Notes: a model not told the origin generated them from the sequence alone. Positions 17,333 through 27,027 are shown, counted from the stretch's first letter. The stretch is 49,997 bases of DNA from a virus (IMGVR_UViG_3300020235_000072:1-49997); one strand, 5' to 3'. Numbers and translations are program-made.

Positions 17333-19656
17333 TATCTCACCGGGGAGTAGGATTGAGGGATGAACTCGCAGTCGATCTCCATGTCCACCCATGCGGTGGG
17401 GAAGGGAGTGTCGTTGACGAGCTTGATGACAAGGTTCTGAGAGTGGGCCATGATCCTCACCTGAAACTCACCGAAGTCGTCCAGTTGGTCGCCGTCGATG
17501 GGGCTGCTGCCGATGGTGGGCACAACGAACTCCTTGATGAGTTCGTCCCGGCCCTCAGGGGTGATCTTGACCTTGTACCCACCGGAGTCGCGGTGCCGAA
17601 TCTTGGCCCGCATGAGGTGGGTGTTGCCGTGCAGGATGTTGCTATTCTGATCCCGCACGAACTGCTGACTGAGGGTGACCTCGGCCTCGTAGCTGATTCC
17701 CAGCCACGCCGGGGCGTCATCCCCGTCCGTGTTGTTCTCGAAGTCACCCGTCAGGATGATATCAGTCTCACCGGAATCTGCAATGATTGAAACGAAGTCG
17801 GCGGCAACGATGAGCGTGCCCGCCGCCTTGGTATCAACCGTGTCCCATGTCGCGGACAGAACAATCGTGTCGATGGTCTCGTCCTCGAAGGGAAGGGTGA
17901 ACGTGGTCAGGCCAGTGCCCGAATCGTAGGTGCCCTGAATCTCCTGCTTGCGGTCTATGCGGGTGGCGTAGCCGAGGGTCTGAGCCGGGGAGCCCGTGGT
18001 GTCCTGCTCTGGCTGCCCAAGGGGCATCCTCTCAAGGAACACACGCTGCACGGCGTCTGTGCCGGTACGCTTGTTGACGAAGAACAGAAAGTCATCGAAG
18101 ACGAAGCAGCCCATAACCTCATCCACGCCGGGGAAGACCCAGCGATACCATGAGTTGAGGACACGCTTAGCCCCGGTGAACAACTGCTTGTTCACATAGA
18201 CGGCATCTGGATCGGCCAGTGTCAGCATAAAGATTTGGTCGTGGGAGTCGGAGGTCGCCATGGTATGGGCCTCGGCGGGGATGTATCCGTGGATACGCTC
18301 CGTCAAGTCCAGTGCCACGTTGGTGATCTGCTCCGGGTCATAGTTGTACTCATACAGGATCATAGCAAAGTCCTGCTCACTGGGGAAGTACAACTGGGAG
18401 CCCTTGATGACTGGCTTGACGTACCCCACGGCGAACACGTTGGTGCTGTCGTACAACTGCACCGTGCCCGGCGTGATGGGTCCATTAGCTCGGACCTCTA
18501 TCTGTCGGTTGCCGTCCGTAATCACGATCAGGGACTCGCGGAAGGACTCCGCGAACAGCCCGTTCGAGATGCGTCGGCCTTGGATGCCCCGGTCAATGGG
18601 GTCCGCGTCCGTCACGATGCCTACAGCAGTGCTGTCGATCCAGAGGTTGAACAGGTCGTTCACCCGGCTGGACACGATGCGTTCCCCGGCGAGGAACCAG
18701 AAGCGTCCCTGATGGAACGCCATGTCGTTCATCCTGAGTCCGATGAATGACGGGCCGGGGTTGGTGGTGCTGTCGCCAGCCCTCCGCTCTGTCCAGTCTA
18801 CAAACTGGAGCAGGAAGCGGGTGCCGTCGAATGCCAGCCGCAGCGGCATGGTGTCCCGCTGGAGGAACCCGTTAGCTCCCTCCGTGGGGAGCCTCTGATA
18901 CCACGGCGGCTGGGTGGCACTGGTGGCCCAGTAGAATCCCTGCGGGAGTCCTCTATCGTCGTCACGGGCGTACCAGATGACGTTGCCGGTGCCGGATACC
19001 TCTCCCCCGGTCACTAGGTCGTCGCGGTCGGGGTAGGCTTCCACGGTGGTCGGGGGCTGGTCGAAGTCGATCCATGACGGTTGGTTGTTGGGATCGGACT
19101 GGAGGCGGATGAGGTTACCCATCGCCGCGTCCTTATAGTCTATGGCATCGCCCTCAAGGGAGGTCTCCACCTCGCGGTTGAGGATGAAGGTGGAGTCTTC
19201 CACTGTCACTGCACGGAACCGCTGCCGGATGGTCTGCGTTCCGCTGGCTAGATAGGCCACCATCGCAACGATGTCATCCTCGATTGTATCGAGAGCAGAC
19301 TCTGTTCCGTCAGCTTCCTCTGCCAGCACGGAGACCTCTACCCCTGTGACGATATTGAATGCCTGAATGATGTTCAGATCATCTGCGGCGTCGGGGTCTA
19401 CGAAGACCACGAACCGCTCTGTCGCACTGCGGTTGATCCAGAACATGAAGGCGTTGCCCGCGAGCGTGATGTTCAGGGCCTCTTGGGTCCCGCCCACGCC
19501 AGCAATATGCTCCAGCGAATTACGCTTGTCGGTGCCGCGTGTGATCTGGATGTCGCAGTTGTCCATTGCCTCCACCTCGAATGGAGTCCGCTGGTTCTGT
19601 GACAGCCGGGACACACCGCCCATGAGGGACTGGATTCGGATGTTGGCGAGTGGCAT
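17332..19656 (-). CDS. Tail tubular protein B / nozzle (gp12-like)
   Basis: IQSLMGGVSR N-terminus, TMPLRL, WTERRAGDSTTNPGPSFIG, DADPID, NSWYRW motifs. Confidence 0.95.
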   Translation of the reverse strand: MPLANIRIQSLMGGVSRLSQNQRTPFEVEAMDNCDIQITRGTDKRNSLEHIAGVGGTQEALNITLAGNAFMFWINRSATERFVVFVDPDAADDLNIIQAFNIVTGVEVSVLAEEADGTESALDTIEDDIVAMVAYLASGTQTIRQRFRAVTVEDSTFILNREVETSLEGDAIDYKDAAMGNLIRLQSDPNNQPSWIDFDQPPTTVEAYPDRDDLVTGGEVSGTGNVIWYARDDDRGLPQGFYWATSATQPPWYQRLPTEGANGFLQRDTMPLRLAFDGTRFLLQFVDWTERRAGDSTTNPGPSFIGLRMNDMAFHQGRFWFLAGERIVSSRVNDLFNLWIDSTAVGIVTDADPIDRGIQGRRISNGLFAESFRESLIVITDGNRQIEVRANGPITPGTVQLYDSTNVFAVGYVKPVIKGSQLYFPSEQDFAMILYEYNYDPEQITNVALDLTERIHGYIPAEAHTMATSDSHDQIFMLTLADPDAVYVNKQLFTGAKRVLNSWYRWVFPGVDEVMGCFVFDDFLFFVNKRTGTDAVQRVFLERMPLGQPEQDTTGSPAQTLGYATRIDRKQEIQGTYDSGTGLTTFTLPFEDETIDTIVLSATWDTVDTKAAGTLIVAADFVSIIADSGETDIILTGDFENNTDGDDAPAWLGISYEAEVTLSQQFVRDQNSNILHGNTHLMRAKIRHRDSGGYKVKITPEGRDELIKEFVVPTIGSSPIDGDQLDDFGEFQVRIMAHSQNLVIKLVNDTPFPTAWVDMEIDCEFIPQSYSPVR

Positions 19657-19760
19657 TACTTACCCTTCTTCTTCTTGGATTTCTTCTCGAACGGCGGGGC
19701 GAGGTTAGACTTCTTCGCCTTCTTGTTCTTACGCTTCTCGGCAGCAGTGTGCTTTGGCAT
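19656..19760 (-). CDS. Lysine-rich microprotein, 34 aa
   Basis: MPKHTAAEKRKNKKAKKSNLAPPFEKKSKKKKGK; TAATG overlaps at both ends. Confidence 0.75.
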   Translation of the reverse strand: MPKHTAAEKRKNKKAKKSNLAPPFEKKSKKKKGK

Positions 19761-20425
19761 TAGCCTTGTCTCCGCATGTCGTTGCCCGGCCAACTACGGG
19801 GAGCACCGGCGATGCCGAGGCGAGGTCCCATAGAGCGGCCACTGGTGATGATGTTGACGGGGCGAGATCGCATGTCGTACTTCCGGCCTTCGATGCGGGC
19901 TCGGAAGGCGGTCTCTTGCAGATGCCTGTGCATCATGCTGGAGCCCAGCACGGACATATGGTACTCGACCGCCGCTTCGTCCACGATCCAGAACTGGATG
20001 GGCTGGGGAAGGTCCTCGAACTCCAGAAGCTGTGTGAGCCGGACGAACACGGTGTCGTCGTCATCGAAGTCAGTGGTCGCAGCGGCGAGGGGCTCCGGGG
20101 TGGCGTCGAACAGGAGCAGAACCCCGTCCACACAGCGGTGGAAGTAGTTGCGGTTCGCATGCTCGTTCCACCCGGTCACCTGTAGGGTGTTGTCGGGGAG
20201 AACCACCCTGTTGTTGTTCCCGGCGTCCGGGGTGAAGGAGGTCTGTGTCTGGTTGCAGTGCAGGCCGTTCATCTGGACCCTTCGGGTCACCTCATCAAGG
20301 ACCGAGACCGCCATGAGGCTGTCGTTCTCAGTGACGCTGATGATGGAGGAGACCGGGTGCTCCTTAGCTGACCTCAGCATCCTGTTCACTGCTTCCAGTT
20401 TCGTCATTGACGCATCTGTCGCCAT
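19760..20425 (-). CDS. Tail tubular protein A / gatekeeper (gp11-like)
   Basis: TKLEAVNRML...EHPV, GLHCN, FEDLP motifs. Confidence 0.93.
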   Translation of the reverse strand: MATDASMTKLEAVNRMLRSAKEHPVSSIISVTENDSLMAVSVLDEVTRRVQMNGLHCNQTQTSFTPDAGNNNRVVLPDNTLQVTGWNEHANRNYFHRCVDGVLLLFDATPEPLAAATTDFDDDDTVFVRLTQLLEFEDLPQPIQFWIVDEAAVEYHMSVLGSSMMHRHLQETAFRARIEGRKYDMRSRPVNIITSGRSMGPRLGIAGAPRSWPGNDMRRQG

Positions 20426-20555
20426 CGGCTTCCTCCGTTTCTATCTTAGTACGCTGTAAGAGCGTTAGCAATTCGTTTACTTCGGCCCATGGTTTAGTCA
20501 CCAGATAGTCTACTAGCTTCTGCACCAAGGGGACAGTCAGTTTCATGTACTTCAT
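20364..20555 (-). CDS. Small protein after tail fibre, possible fibre chaperone, 63 aa
   Basis: AGGAG SD; YLVTKPWAEV helical motif; position. Confidence 0.55.
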   Translation of the reverse strand: MKYMKLTVPLVQKLVDYLVTKPWAEVNELLTLLQRTKIETEEADGDRCVNDETGSSEQDAEVS

Positions 20556-20563
20556 TGTTTCTC

Positions 20564-22414
20564 CTAAGCCCACACTGCGATCCAGCGGGTATTGCCGTTC
20601 ACGTTGATTTGCACCCACTCGTTCTGTTGCGTTGTGCCGGGACCTAGGACGGTGGTGTTTCCTAGAGTACACGGGTTACCAATTCCAAAAGCGATGGGGG
20701 CATTGATGTCAAGTATTGTGTCCACGATGAAGGCTCCTACTACTGAGTCCACGCGAGCAATCTCGCTGCCGGTCTCGTCCTCGAACAGCACATTTCCGCC
20801 AGTGGTACTACCCACACCGGGGCGTAGCCTTAGATCACCACCTACAGTGCTAGTAGTGAACCCACCCGACAAGATCAAGGCGTTGCCGGGGGAGGTGACG
20901 GAGAGAGGGGCCGTGAAGTTCGCTTCACCGCCGACAAGTTGAAACTGTCCTGCTGACGTATTGTTGATGGTAAAGCGGATTGTCGCAGAAGCCCCGCCAC
21001 CGGTAGTGTCCATCTTAGTGCTACCAGATGAGTCCAACTCGTAAGTCACGTTGCCCGCACCGCCGAAAGCCATAGTGCTGAACAACCCTTTACATTCATT
21101 GAGGTTTATCTTGAATATATCAAAGATGCTTTTGAAGATGTACCCCACTGCGGCAGCGTCAGATCGGATAGTTACGGTGCCGTCACTCTCGAAGTCGAGT
21201 ACACCACTTTCCGTGCCGGGGGAAGAACCGAGGAACAGGTTAGCCCCGCCGGTGTCGATGATGCCACCCTCGGAGTCGATGAGGGCACCACCTGACTGGA
21301 TGATCCCGCCTTCGGTATCGAGTAGACCAGTACCCAACAGGATGTCTCCACCCTCTGTGTCGATGTCATTATTGTTCATGTCTATAGGGCCACTCATAGA
21401 CAGGATGGATGCTCCGAAGATCCCTACACCATTCATGGTCACCGTGTCGTTGAAGTTGATCCCGGTGTTAGAGAACGAGGCTACAACGCTGCTGTTATGC
21501 TCAATCTCAATTTGGTCTCCTGATACCGCGTTGGATCGAATCTTAGCAAGACCCTCATTGTCAAGTATCAACTCCAAGTGGTTCAACAGAATCGCCGTGT
21601 TGAAGTCGAGTTCCGTATTGGTCAGGGTCATGCGGGTAGAGCCGCCTGTGGCGAACACCAGAATGTCGTCCACAGCGGAACTAATGGAGGTGTCACCATC
21701 GGAGTCGAAGACCAATTCGTTGCCGAGGAGATTTATAAGGGTGGTATAAAAGACACCCACGTTGGTGATGGAAAACCTAGAAACCCCCCCAGTGGCGAAG
21801 ACGATAATGTCATCTATGAAGGAGCCCACGGAAGAGTCCCCATCCGCGTCAAAGACAATGAACACTCCGTTAGCACCCAAGTCGAACGTGGCGGCTGTTG
21901 GGGCAATCATTCTCTGGTTGTCTAGAATAACCCATCCGTCACCCACCACGGCTCCTTGGAGGTCTCGACCTCCGGTGCCGTCTAGCCGAGGGATAGTGCC
22001 GTCTATGAATGTGCCGGTCACATTCCGAACGTACGCAGAGTGGTCGTCGTCCCCTAGCCCCAAAAGAGCCCCGTGGTCTGCCCCGTCTATAGCGGCATGC
22101 ACATGGAGGGCATCCGCATTGGAGCCGTCCGTCAGGGTCTCAGCCTCTGACGCCAAGATGTCCGTGCCGCCATCGGCAGTGACCGCTTGGGTGAACGTCA
22201 GCGAGTGGGGGTTGTCAGCCGGGAGGGCATCGTGCCGGGTTTCAGTGAGATACTGCGTATGGTCGTCGTCGCTGAGGCCCAGCAAAGCCCCGTGATCAAG
22301 ACTACCGATGGTAGTATTCAAACGACGTACTTCCCTCTTGACCGACTCACGGATCAGGGCCGTGATAGCAGCAGAGCTAAGGGAGTCGTTGATCTCGCGG
22401 GGTCTGAGGGGCAT
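20564..22414 (-). CDS. Tail fibre/spike-like receptor-binding protein
   Basis: Repeats DHGALLGLxDDDHxxY (x2), FDxDGD...DDIxVFATGG (x2), 7-residue IDTEGG-like repeats. Confidence 0.8.
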   Translation of the reverse strand: MPLRPREINDSLSSAAITALIRESVKREVRRLNTTIGSLDHGALLGLSDDDHTQYLTETRHDALPADNPHSLTFTQAVTADGGTDILASEAETLTDGSNADALHVHAAIDGADHGALLGLGDDDHSAYVRNVTGTFIDGTIPRLDGTGGRDLQGAVVGDGWVILDNQRMIAPTAATFDLGANGVFIVFDADGDSSVGSFIDDIIVFATGGVSRFSITNVGVFYTTLINLLGNELVFDSDGDTSISSAVDDILVFATGGSTRMTLTNTELDFNTAILLNHLELILDNEGLAKIRSNAVSGDQIEIEHNSSVVASFSNTGINFNDTVTMNGVGIFGASILSMSGPIDMNNNDIDTEGGDILLGTGLLDTEGGIIQSGGALIDSEGGIIDTGGANLFLGSSPGTESGVLDFESDGTVTIRSDAAAVGYIFKSIFDIFKINLNECKGLFSTMAFGGAGNVTYELDSSGSTKMDTTGGGASATIRFTINNTSAGQFQLVGGEANFTAPLSVTSPGNALILSGGFTTSTVGGDLRLRPGVGSTTGGNVLFEDETGSEIARVDSVVGAFIVDTILDINAPIAFGIGNPCTLGNTTVLGPGTTQQNEWVQINVNGNTRWIAVWA

Positions 22415-22427
22415 GGCGTTCCTAACG

Positions 22428-22462
22428 AAAAAAATCCCCTTGAGTCCGAAGACCCAAGGGGA
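22428..22462 (-). terminator. T-phi-like intrinsic terminator
   Basis: UCCCCUUGGGUC-UUCG-GACUCAAGGGGA followed by U7, downstream of the capsid genes. Confidence 0.9.
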
Positions 22463-22485
22463 CGAGTGAGAGAGGAGAGTCTGTC

Positions 22486-23088
22486 TTAGCTCAGACGCCG
22501 CATGGTGAACACATGGTTGCTGGCCTCTTCCGCGTCCATAAGGACGAGATCGCCAACAGCAATCACCGCAGATCCACTTTCGACACCAGCCGCAGCGAGT
22601 TCCGTAACCGCAGCGGCATCCGCAACGAACACCGTGGCCCGTGTATCCGAAGTCGCTCCCGCGATATCGGGGTCCACTGCCGTGAGGATGGTTCCGTTGG
22701 TCTGTGCCGACACGATGTCGGGATCGTTATCATCGATGGTCAGCGTGACGGTGGCCGTGAAGACACCCGCCGTAACCTCGATAATATCGAACTCACAGTG
22801 CGTGTAGTCGCTGAGAGGCTCGGCAGTTGTGGAGGCCGCAGTCTGTCGAGTCAAACGATAGCGGCCCACCGACATCTTGTCGCAGCCGCCAAAGTCATAC
22901 ACATGGGCATCACCCCCGGAAACATCGGCCCCACCCGGAAGCAGGCGAATCATTTCCGTGAGTGCCCCAACATTGCGGAGAACCGGATCACGCTCACGGG
23001 CTCTAGCCCGGTCACTTGTTCCGCCTGCCCCGTCCTGAAGGGAGGGTCCACGCCGCTGGGGCGTGAACCGAGTATTCTGAACAGCCAT
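22486..23088 (-). CDS. Probable capsid-associated/decoration protein, 200 aa
   Basis: AAGGAG SD; between major capsid gene and T-phi-like terminator. Confidence 0.6.
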   Translation of the reverse strand: MAVQNTRFTPQRRGPSLQDGAGGTSDRARARERDPVLRNVGALTEMIRLLPGGADVSGGDAHVYDFGGCDKMSVGRYRLTRQTAASTTAEPLSDYTHCEFDIIEVTAGVFTATVTLTIDDNDPDIVSAQTNGTILTAVDPDIAGATSDTRATVFVADAAAVTELAAAGVESGSAVIAVGDLVLMDAEEASNHVFTMRRLS

Positions 23089-23117
23089 TGAATGGCTCCT
23101 TTCAGTTGATTTTGGAT

Positions 23118-24191
23118 TTAGTCGTCAATGATCTCAACGGCAGCTTCGGGACGGATCGTCCCACCACCGGAGAGCATCTTCGTAACGAACAGCCAGTCCT
23201 GACGCGAGATGTCTCGCTCAGCTTCGCTGTTGACATCCATCTTGACAGCCACTCCGACCGCCTCTTCCTGCCACACCATCGCACGGGTGGCGGTGAAGTC
23301 ACCCTGATACTTGGCCTCGTCGTCCGAGGACAGATCCTGTCCAAAGACGGTCGAGCAAATGTTGGAGGGGAAGATGGTGAAGCCGTTGTAGGCAATCGTT
23401 GAGGCGAACGTATCGCCGGGCATGAGAACGCTCTGCGTGGTCGTCGGACCATGCCGTCCGTCGCCACTGAACAGCGGCAGAAGGGCGTTATTGAGGTCCG
23501 TGGGATTCTTCGGGAAGCCAATGTCGCGGATGCGGTGGAACGCCGGAACGTCCACGGCAACCCAACGGCTCGGCTTGAGGACACGCAACTGGTCGAACCG
23601 AATTGAGATGTCATCGAGCAGGCCGAGGAATACCAATACCTGTGCCACAGAGGGCTCTACACCAGCCGCCCACAGTGTGCCGACCGCAGCGAGTCCGTTG
23701 CCGTCGATGCCACCACCGGGGAAGTTGGAACCTGAGCCACCGTACACGGTGGTCGGGGTCTCACGGGAGGCGTTGATCGCCAGCCGCAGGGAGAACTGAT
23801 CCTGAGCTTCAGCGAGGGCCTGTGCGGCCTGCATCGCGTACTCGGATCGGACCTCGAAGTGCGACATAGCTTGGTCGATGTCATCGAGGCGGAAGTGAGA
23901 GACCAGCGGACGCTCATCGAGCGTGATGGTCACTTCGGTCTGCTCGGCGTCGAGGCCCAGCAGTTTAGTACCAACAGCATGTCGCTCAGCCGTCATGCCA
24001 CCGAGTCGCGGGAAGCGAGCGGTGTTGCCAACGGTGATATCCCGACGCTTCATCTTAGAAGTGATGCCGAGAAACTCGTTGTAACGCTTGAGGACCTCTC
24101 CACCGAAAATGGGGAGATACAGGTCATCGAACGCGGGCGAAGTGAGAGCGGTGTTGGAACCAAAGCGAATCGGAAGTGAGGGACTAGCCAT
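23118..24191 (-). CDS. Major capsid protein (gp10-like)
   Basis: LYLPIFGGEV, GNTARFPRLG, ITLDE, DDIDQAMSHFEVRSEY, GGGTIRPEAAVE; GAAGGAGG SD. Confidence 0.97.
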   Translation of the reverse strand: MASPSLPIRFGSNTALTSPAFDDLYLPIFGGEVLKRYNEFLGITSKMKRRDITVGNTARFPRLGGMTAERHAVGTKLLGLDAEQTEVTITLDERPLVSHFRLDDIDQAMSHFEVRSEYAMQAAQALAEAQDQFSLRLAINASRETPTTVYGGSGSNFPGGGIDGNGLAAVGTLWAAGVEPSVAQVLVFLGLLDDISIRFDQLRVLKPSRWVAVDVPAFHRIRDIGFPKNPTDLNNALLPLFSGDGRHGPTTTQSVLMPGDTFASTIAYNGFTIFPSNICSTVFGQDLSSDDEAKYQGDFTATRAMVWQEEAVGVAVKMDVNSEAERDISRQDWLFVTKMLSGGGTIRPEAAVEIIDD

Positions 24192-24249
24192 TTTGGGTAG
24201 CCTCCTTCTGCTTATGGTTGGTAAACGTAAATGATTCTGGTGTCCCATT

Positions 24250-24303
24250 CAGGTTGTGCCGCTCTCTAGGTTGTGCCACCACGGGGTGGGCCTAACGGGC
24301 CTG
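24250..24303 (-). promoter_or_regulatory. Structured capsid-leader hairpin with two stacked identical C/CACAA internal loops
   Basis: CAGG-C-CCG...CGG-CACAA-CCUG encloses UAGG-C-CCAC...GUGG-CACAA-CCUA. Confidence 0.6.
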
Positions 24304-24466
24304 TCAGCGAGTGAGGTAGAGGATGCAGCTTTGGCGTTACCTGAGGTGGCCCGAAGCATGCGTCTACACTGACCCGGAGGGGAAGTCGTCTTGAACAAAG
24401 CCCCCACGCTCTTGATAAGGGTGGGGACGGGGTGGCGTCGTCGTCGTCGTCTAGCCAAGATAAATA

Positions 24467-24543
24467 GGGCGGCAGGAGCAGCCGAGGGGCGAACCTCAGC
24501 GTAGTACCGGCTCATAGATGGGAGCTACCCACCTCTGCCACCC
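24467..24543 (-). other. Branched RNA structure after the scaffold stop, followed by a U-rich tract
   Basis: GGGUGGCAG/CUGCCGCCC closing stem; AGGUGGG/CCCAUCU and GCUGAGG/CCUCGGC arms. Confidence 0.5.
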
Positions 24544-24549
24544 GTTTGA

Positions 24550-25461
24550 TCAATAGTCAGTGGCCGGTTTGTACAGGCTCTCGAAGTTGTCGGGGTTTCC
24601 ACCATTGGTGATGAAGATGCGGAAGGCAACATCCTTCTGCTTCACCGGGCTGTAGGAGTAGATTTCCTTGCCCGACGAATCAAGTTCACCCATGTCCGCA
24701 AACATCTCCTTCTTGGAGGCATAAGGTTGCGGAACGGAGGTGCCTATGCCCAGTCCACCTTCGGCAGGAACTACAAGGCTCGACTCCTTGGGCTGTGAGG
24801 CCACATACTGGGCATGCAGCCCAATCAACAGCGTCTTGCTCTGTGTACCCTCTGAGACAGCCTTGCGAAGATCGTTCCACGCTGACTCGCTCAGAGTTTT
24901 TTGTGCCCACGTTAGAGTGGCCTTGAGATTCTCCTCACCACCGATGGACTCCGCGACTTCCTTGATAGCAGCGGTTTTCGCGGCCTGTCGGTCTGCGGTG
25001 AACTGCTTGATGAAGTCATCGGGTACGCCCAGCTTCTGAATGGCAGCGACATCCGACTCGGTAGCCGTACCAGAGCGGACAGCACCCCAGTTGATAACCG
25101 ATTCAGGGGCCTTCTCCTGTGAGAGGATCTCTTCAACTGTACCGGAAGTCGATGGGGCTGGCGACGTAGTAGAAGCGGGGCTTGCTGAGTTCCCAGCCGT
25201 ACCATTCAACACTTCCTGTGGGGAAGGGGTTGGAACCCCCGCCGTAGGGTCCGGGGTTACTCCTCGCTGCAACTGCTCAAGCTGCTTGTATGACGCCAGC
25301 AGCAGGGCTTCATCCACCGTGCCATCCGGCTTGCGGAACTTGGCGGGGATGTTGTGCTGTGCCGTCATGGCGACTTGAGCGTTGTACTCCGCACTGCCCG
25401 GCGTGGGCTCTACGGGTGCAACGGGCTCGACGGGCGGTGTGCCCGTGGGAAGTTGAGTCAC
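24550..25461 (-). CDS. Capsid scaffolding protein (gp9-like)
   Basis: IPAKF...LLASYKQLE, IGGEENLKATLTWA, YASKKEMFADM motifs; GTG start coupled to portal. Confidence 0.9.
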   Translation of the reverse strand: MTQLPTGTPPVEPVAPVEPTPGSAEYNAQVAMTAQHNIPAKFRKPDGTVDEALLLASYKQLEQLQRGVTPDPTAGVPTPSPQEVLNGTAGNSASPASTTSPAPSTSGTVEEILSQEKAPESVINWGAVRSGTATESDVAAIQKLGVPDDFIKQFTADRQAAKTAAIKEVAESIGGEENLKATLTWAQKTLSESAWNDLRKAVSEGTQSKTLLIGLHAQYVASQPKESSLVVPAEGGLGIGTSVPQPYASKKEMFADMGELDSSGKEIYSYSPVKQKDVAFRIFITNGGNPDNFESLYKPATDY

Positions 25462-27017
25462 TGACTATCTCCTTGTTCGGAGGCTTGAGCAACACCCGCC
25501 TGTAGACCAGCTTGCATGACTTGCTGCTGCTGGGCTGCCTGCTGACGTTGCTGCCTCGCCTGCTCCATTTCCTCGTCGGTCTTCCACCGGCCCTTGGCGT
25601 CGAGGCCCTGTGCCTGCCACCAGTCGCGGCCAATGATGTGCATATTCGCACCTTCGAGCATTGCATCGCTCATGTTCGTCATGATACCGATTGCTCGTTC
25701 AAGGTTCTCTTTCTCAGCCTCTCGGTTGAGAATCTCCAGCCCCGCCCTGAGGCGTAGCTTGAGGAATCCGCCTTGCTCATCGATCTGTTCGATGATCCGG
25801 CTGTCCAGCAACCCTCGCTTACCCATGATGAACATGGCACGACGAATGATGGGCTCCTGTAGCTCCGTAGAGGCCAGCGACAGGATGCCGCCGAGTGCCT
25901 GCTCCAGTTCCTGTGCCAGCAGCGTAACCTGACGGGCCGTGACGCGATCACCCGTAGGCTGCACGGCACTGTTCATCAGGAAGCGGCGACCAAGGATGGC
26001 TTCGCGGTGGGCGACTGCGGCTTGGGCAGCGGCCACCTGAGCGTTGTTCTGGAAGGACATCGGGGTGAGGTCTTCCCTGCCACCCGCGAGGGTGTCTCCG
26101 TTGATGGAGTCGAGGAAGTCCTGTAGCTCAAGCATGCCACCGGGATTCAGAATCCAGCGGTACTCTGCGTTGAGCATCACGCCGTCCAGCAGTGCCTTAC
26201 TGAGGGAGTCGAGCGTTCGGATGTCACCGAACATATCTTCCACCAGAGACACGCCGTATGACTCACCGATCAGGGATGACCAGCGAGCGGGCATGTAGGG
26301 TGATACCAGATGCTTCTCTTTTGTGCCGGGCACCTTGTGGCCCCGGAACTCCTGCTCTACGCACACGCTGCCATCAGGGTGCTTCATAATCTGAGTGTAC
26401 AGGGGCTCCCATTGCTCCTGCGTACCATCTTCCCTGAGGCCCGTGGCGTTGGTATCCCCCTTGGGGAGGGCTTTCAACTCTGGATGCCACTCGGCATTCA
26501 CCGCCTCACGAATGATGATCTCTTCCCAGCTTCCCTCATGCTTACGGCGGACCACATATTGGTCGGCTCGGAAGAGTCTGAAGTTGAAGTTGTCGTCCAT
26601 GTGCAGCATCACATCGCCAATGGCGATCAGGTGACGATACGCAAGGTTGATCGAGGCCCGCATATTGGTGGGTGCGAGCGTATCCATGACACTCTGCTCG
26701 AATGAGGTGAACACCGCGTCCAACTCCGAGTCGTCTTTGCCCTCTGGCTTGAACGGTGCTTCGACTAGGATCTCGAAGACGCTCTGGCCGTTGAGGGGGA
26801 AGACCACGGACATGATGCGGGATGCAAGGTTGTTGATACCCTCCGCTGAAAGCGAGTTGTAGGGTACATCAAGTGCAGTGTTGGATGCCCGTCCCTCCGG
26901 GGGGAGCAGAGAAGGCATCGTCAACATGGCGTGTTCACGTTTCCTCTCCAGCCCCTCCTTTCGGAGTTGGTCGAAGTGGTCGAACCTATCCTTGAAACTC
27001 ATGGGCAGTTCGGGCAT
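25458..27017 (-). CDS. Portal / head-tail connector (gp8-like)
   Basis: LTMPSLLP, GINNLASRI, RW...GESYG...VE, DRVTARQV...ELEQALGG. Confidence 0.96.
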   Translation of the reverse strand: MPELPMSFKDRFDHFDQLRKEGLERKREHAMLTMPSLLPPEGRASNTALDVPYNSLSAEGINNLASRIMSVVFPLNGQSVFEILVEAPFKPEGKDDSELDAVFTSFEQSVMDTLAPTNMRASINLAYRHLIAIGDVMLHMDDNFNFRLFRADQYVVRRKHEGSWEEIIIREAVNAEWHPELKALPKGDTNATGLREDGTQEQWEPLYTQIMKHPDGSVCVEQEFRGHKVPGTKEKHLVSPYMPARWSSLIGESYGVSLVEDMFGDIRTLDSLSKALLDGVMLNAEYRWILNPGGMLELQDFLDSINGDTLAGGREDLTPMSFQNNAQVAAAQAAVAHREAILGRRFLMNSAVQPTGDRVTARQVTLLAQELEQALGGILSLASTELQEPIIRRAMFIMGKRGLLDSRIIEQIDEQGGFLKLRLRAGLEILNREAEKENLERAIGIMTNMSDAMLEGANMHIIGRDWWQAQGLDAKGRWKTDEEMEQARQQRQQAAQQQQVMQAGLQAGVAQASEQGDSQ

Positions 27018-27027
27018 CGCTACTCCT

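Noticed and set aside
23088-23130. T7 gp10B-style frameshift fusing capsid to the next ORF
   Set aside because: No clear slippery sequence at the capsid 3' end; the downstream gene has its own AAGGAG SD
24249-24515. 88-aa ORF with poly-Arg in the scaffold-capsid spacer
   Set aside because: No convincing SD, atypical codons; the Arg run comes from the (GAC)5 tract and the region is better explained by RNA structure
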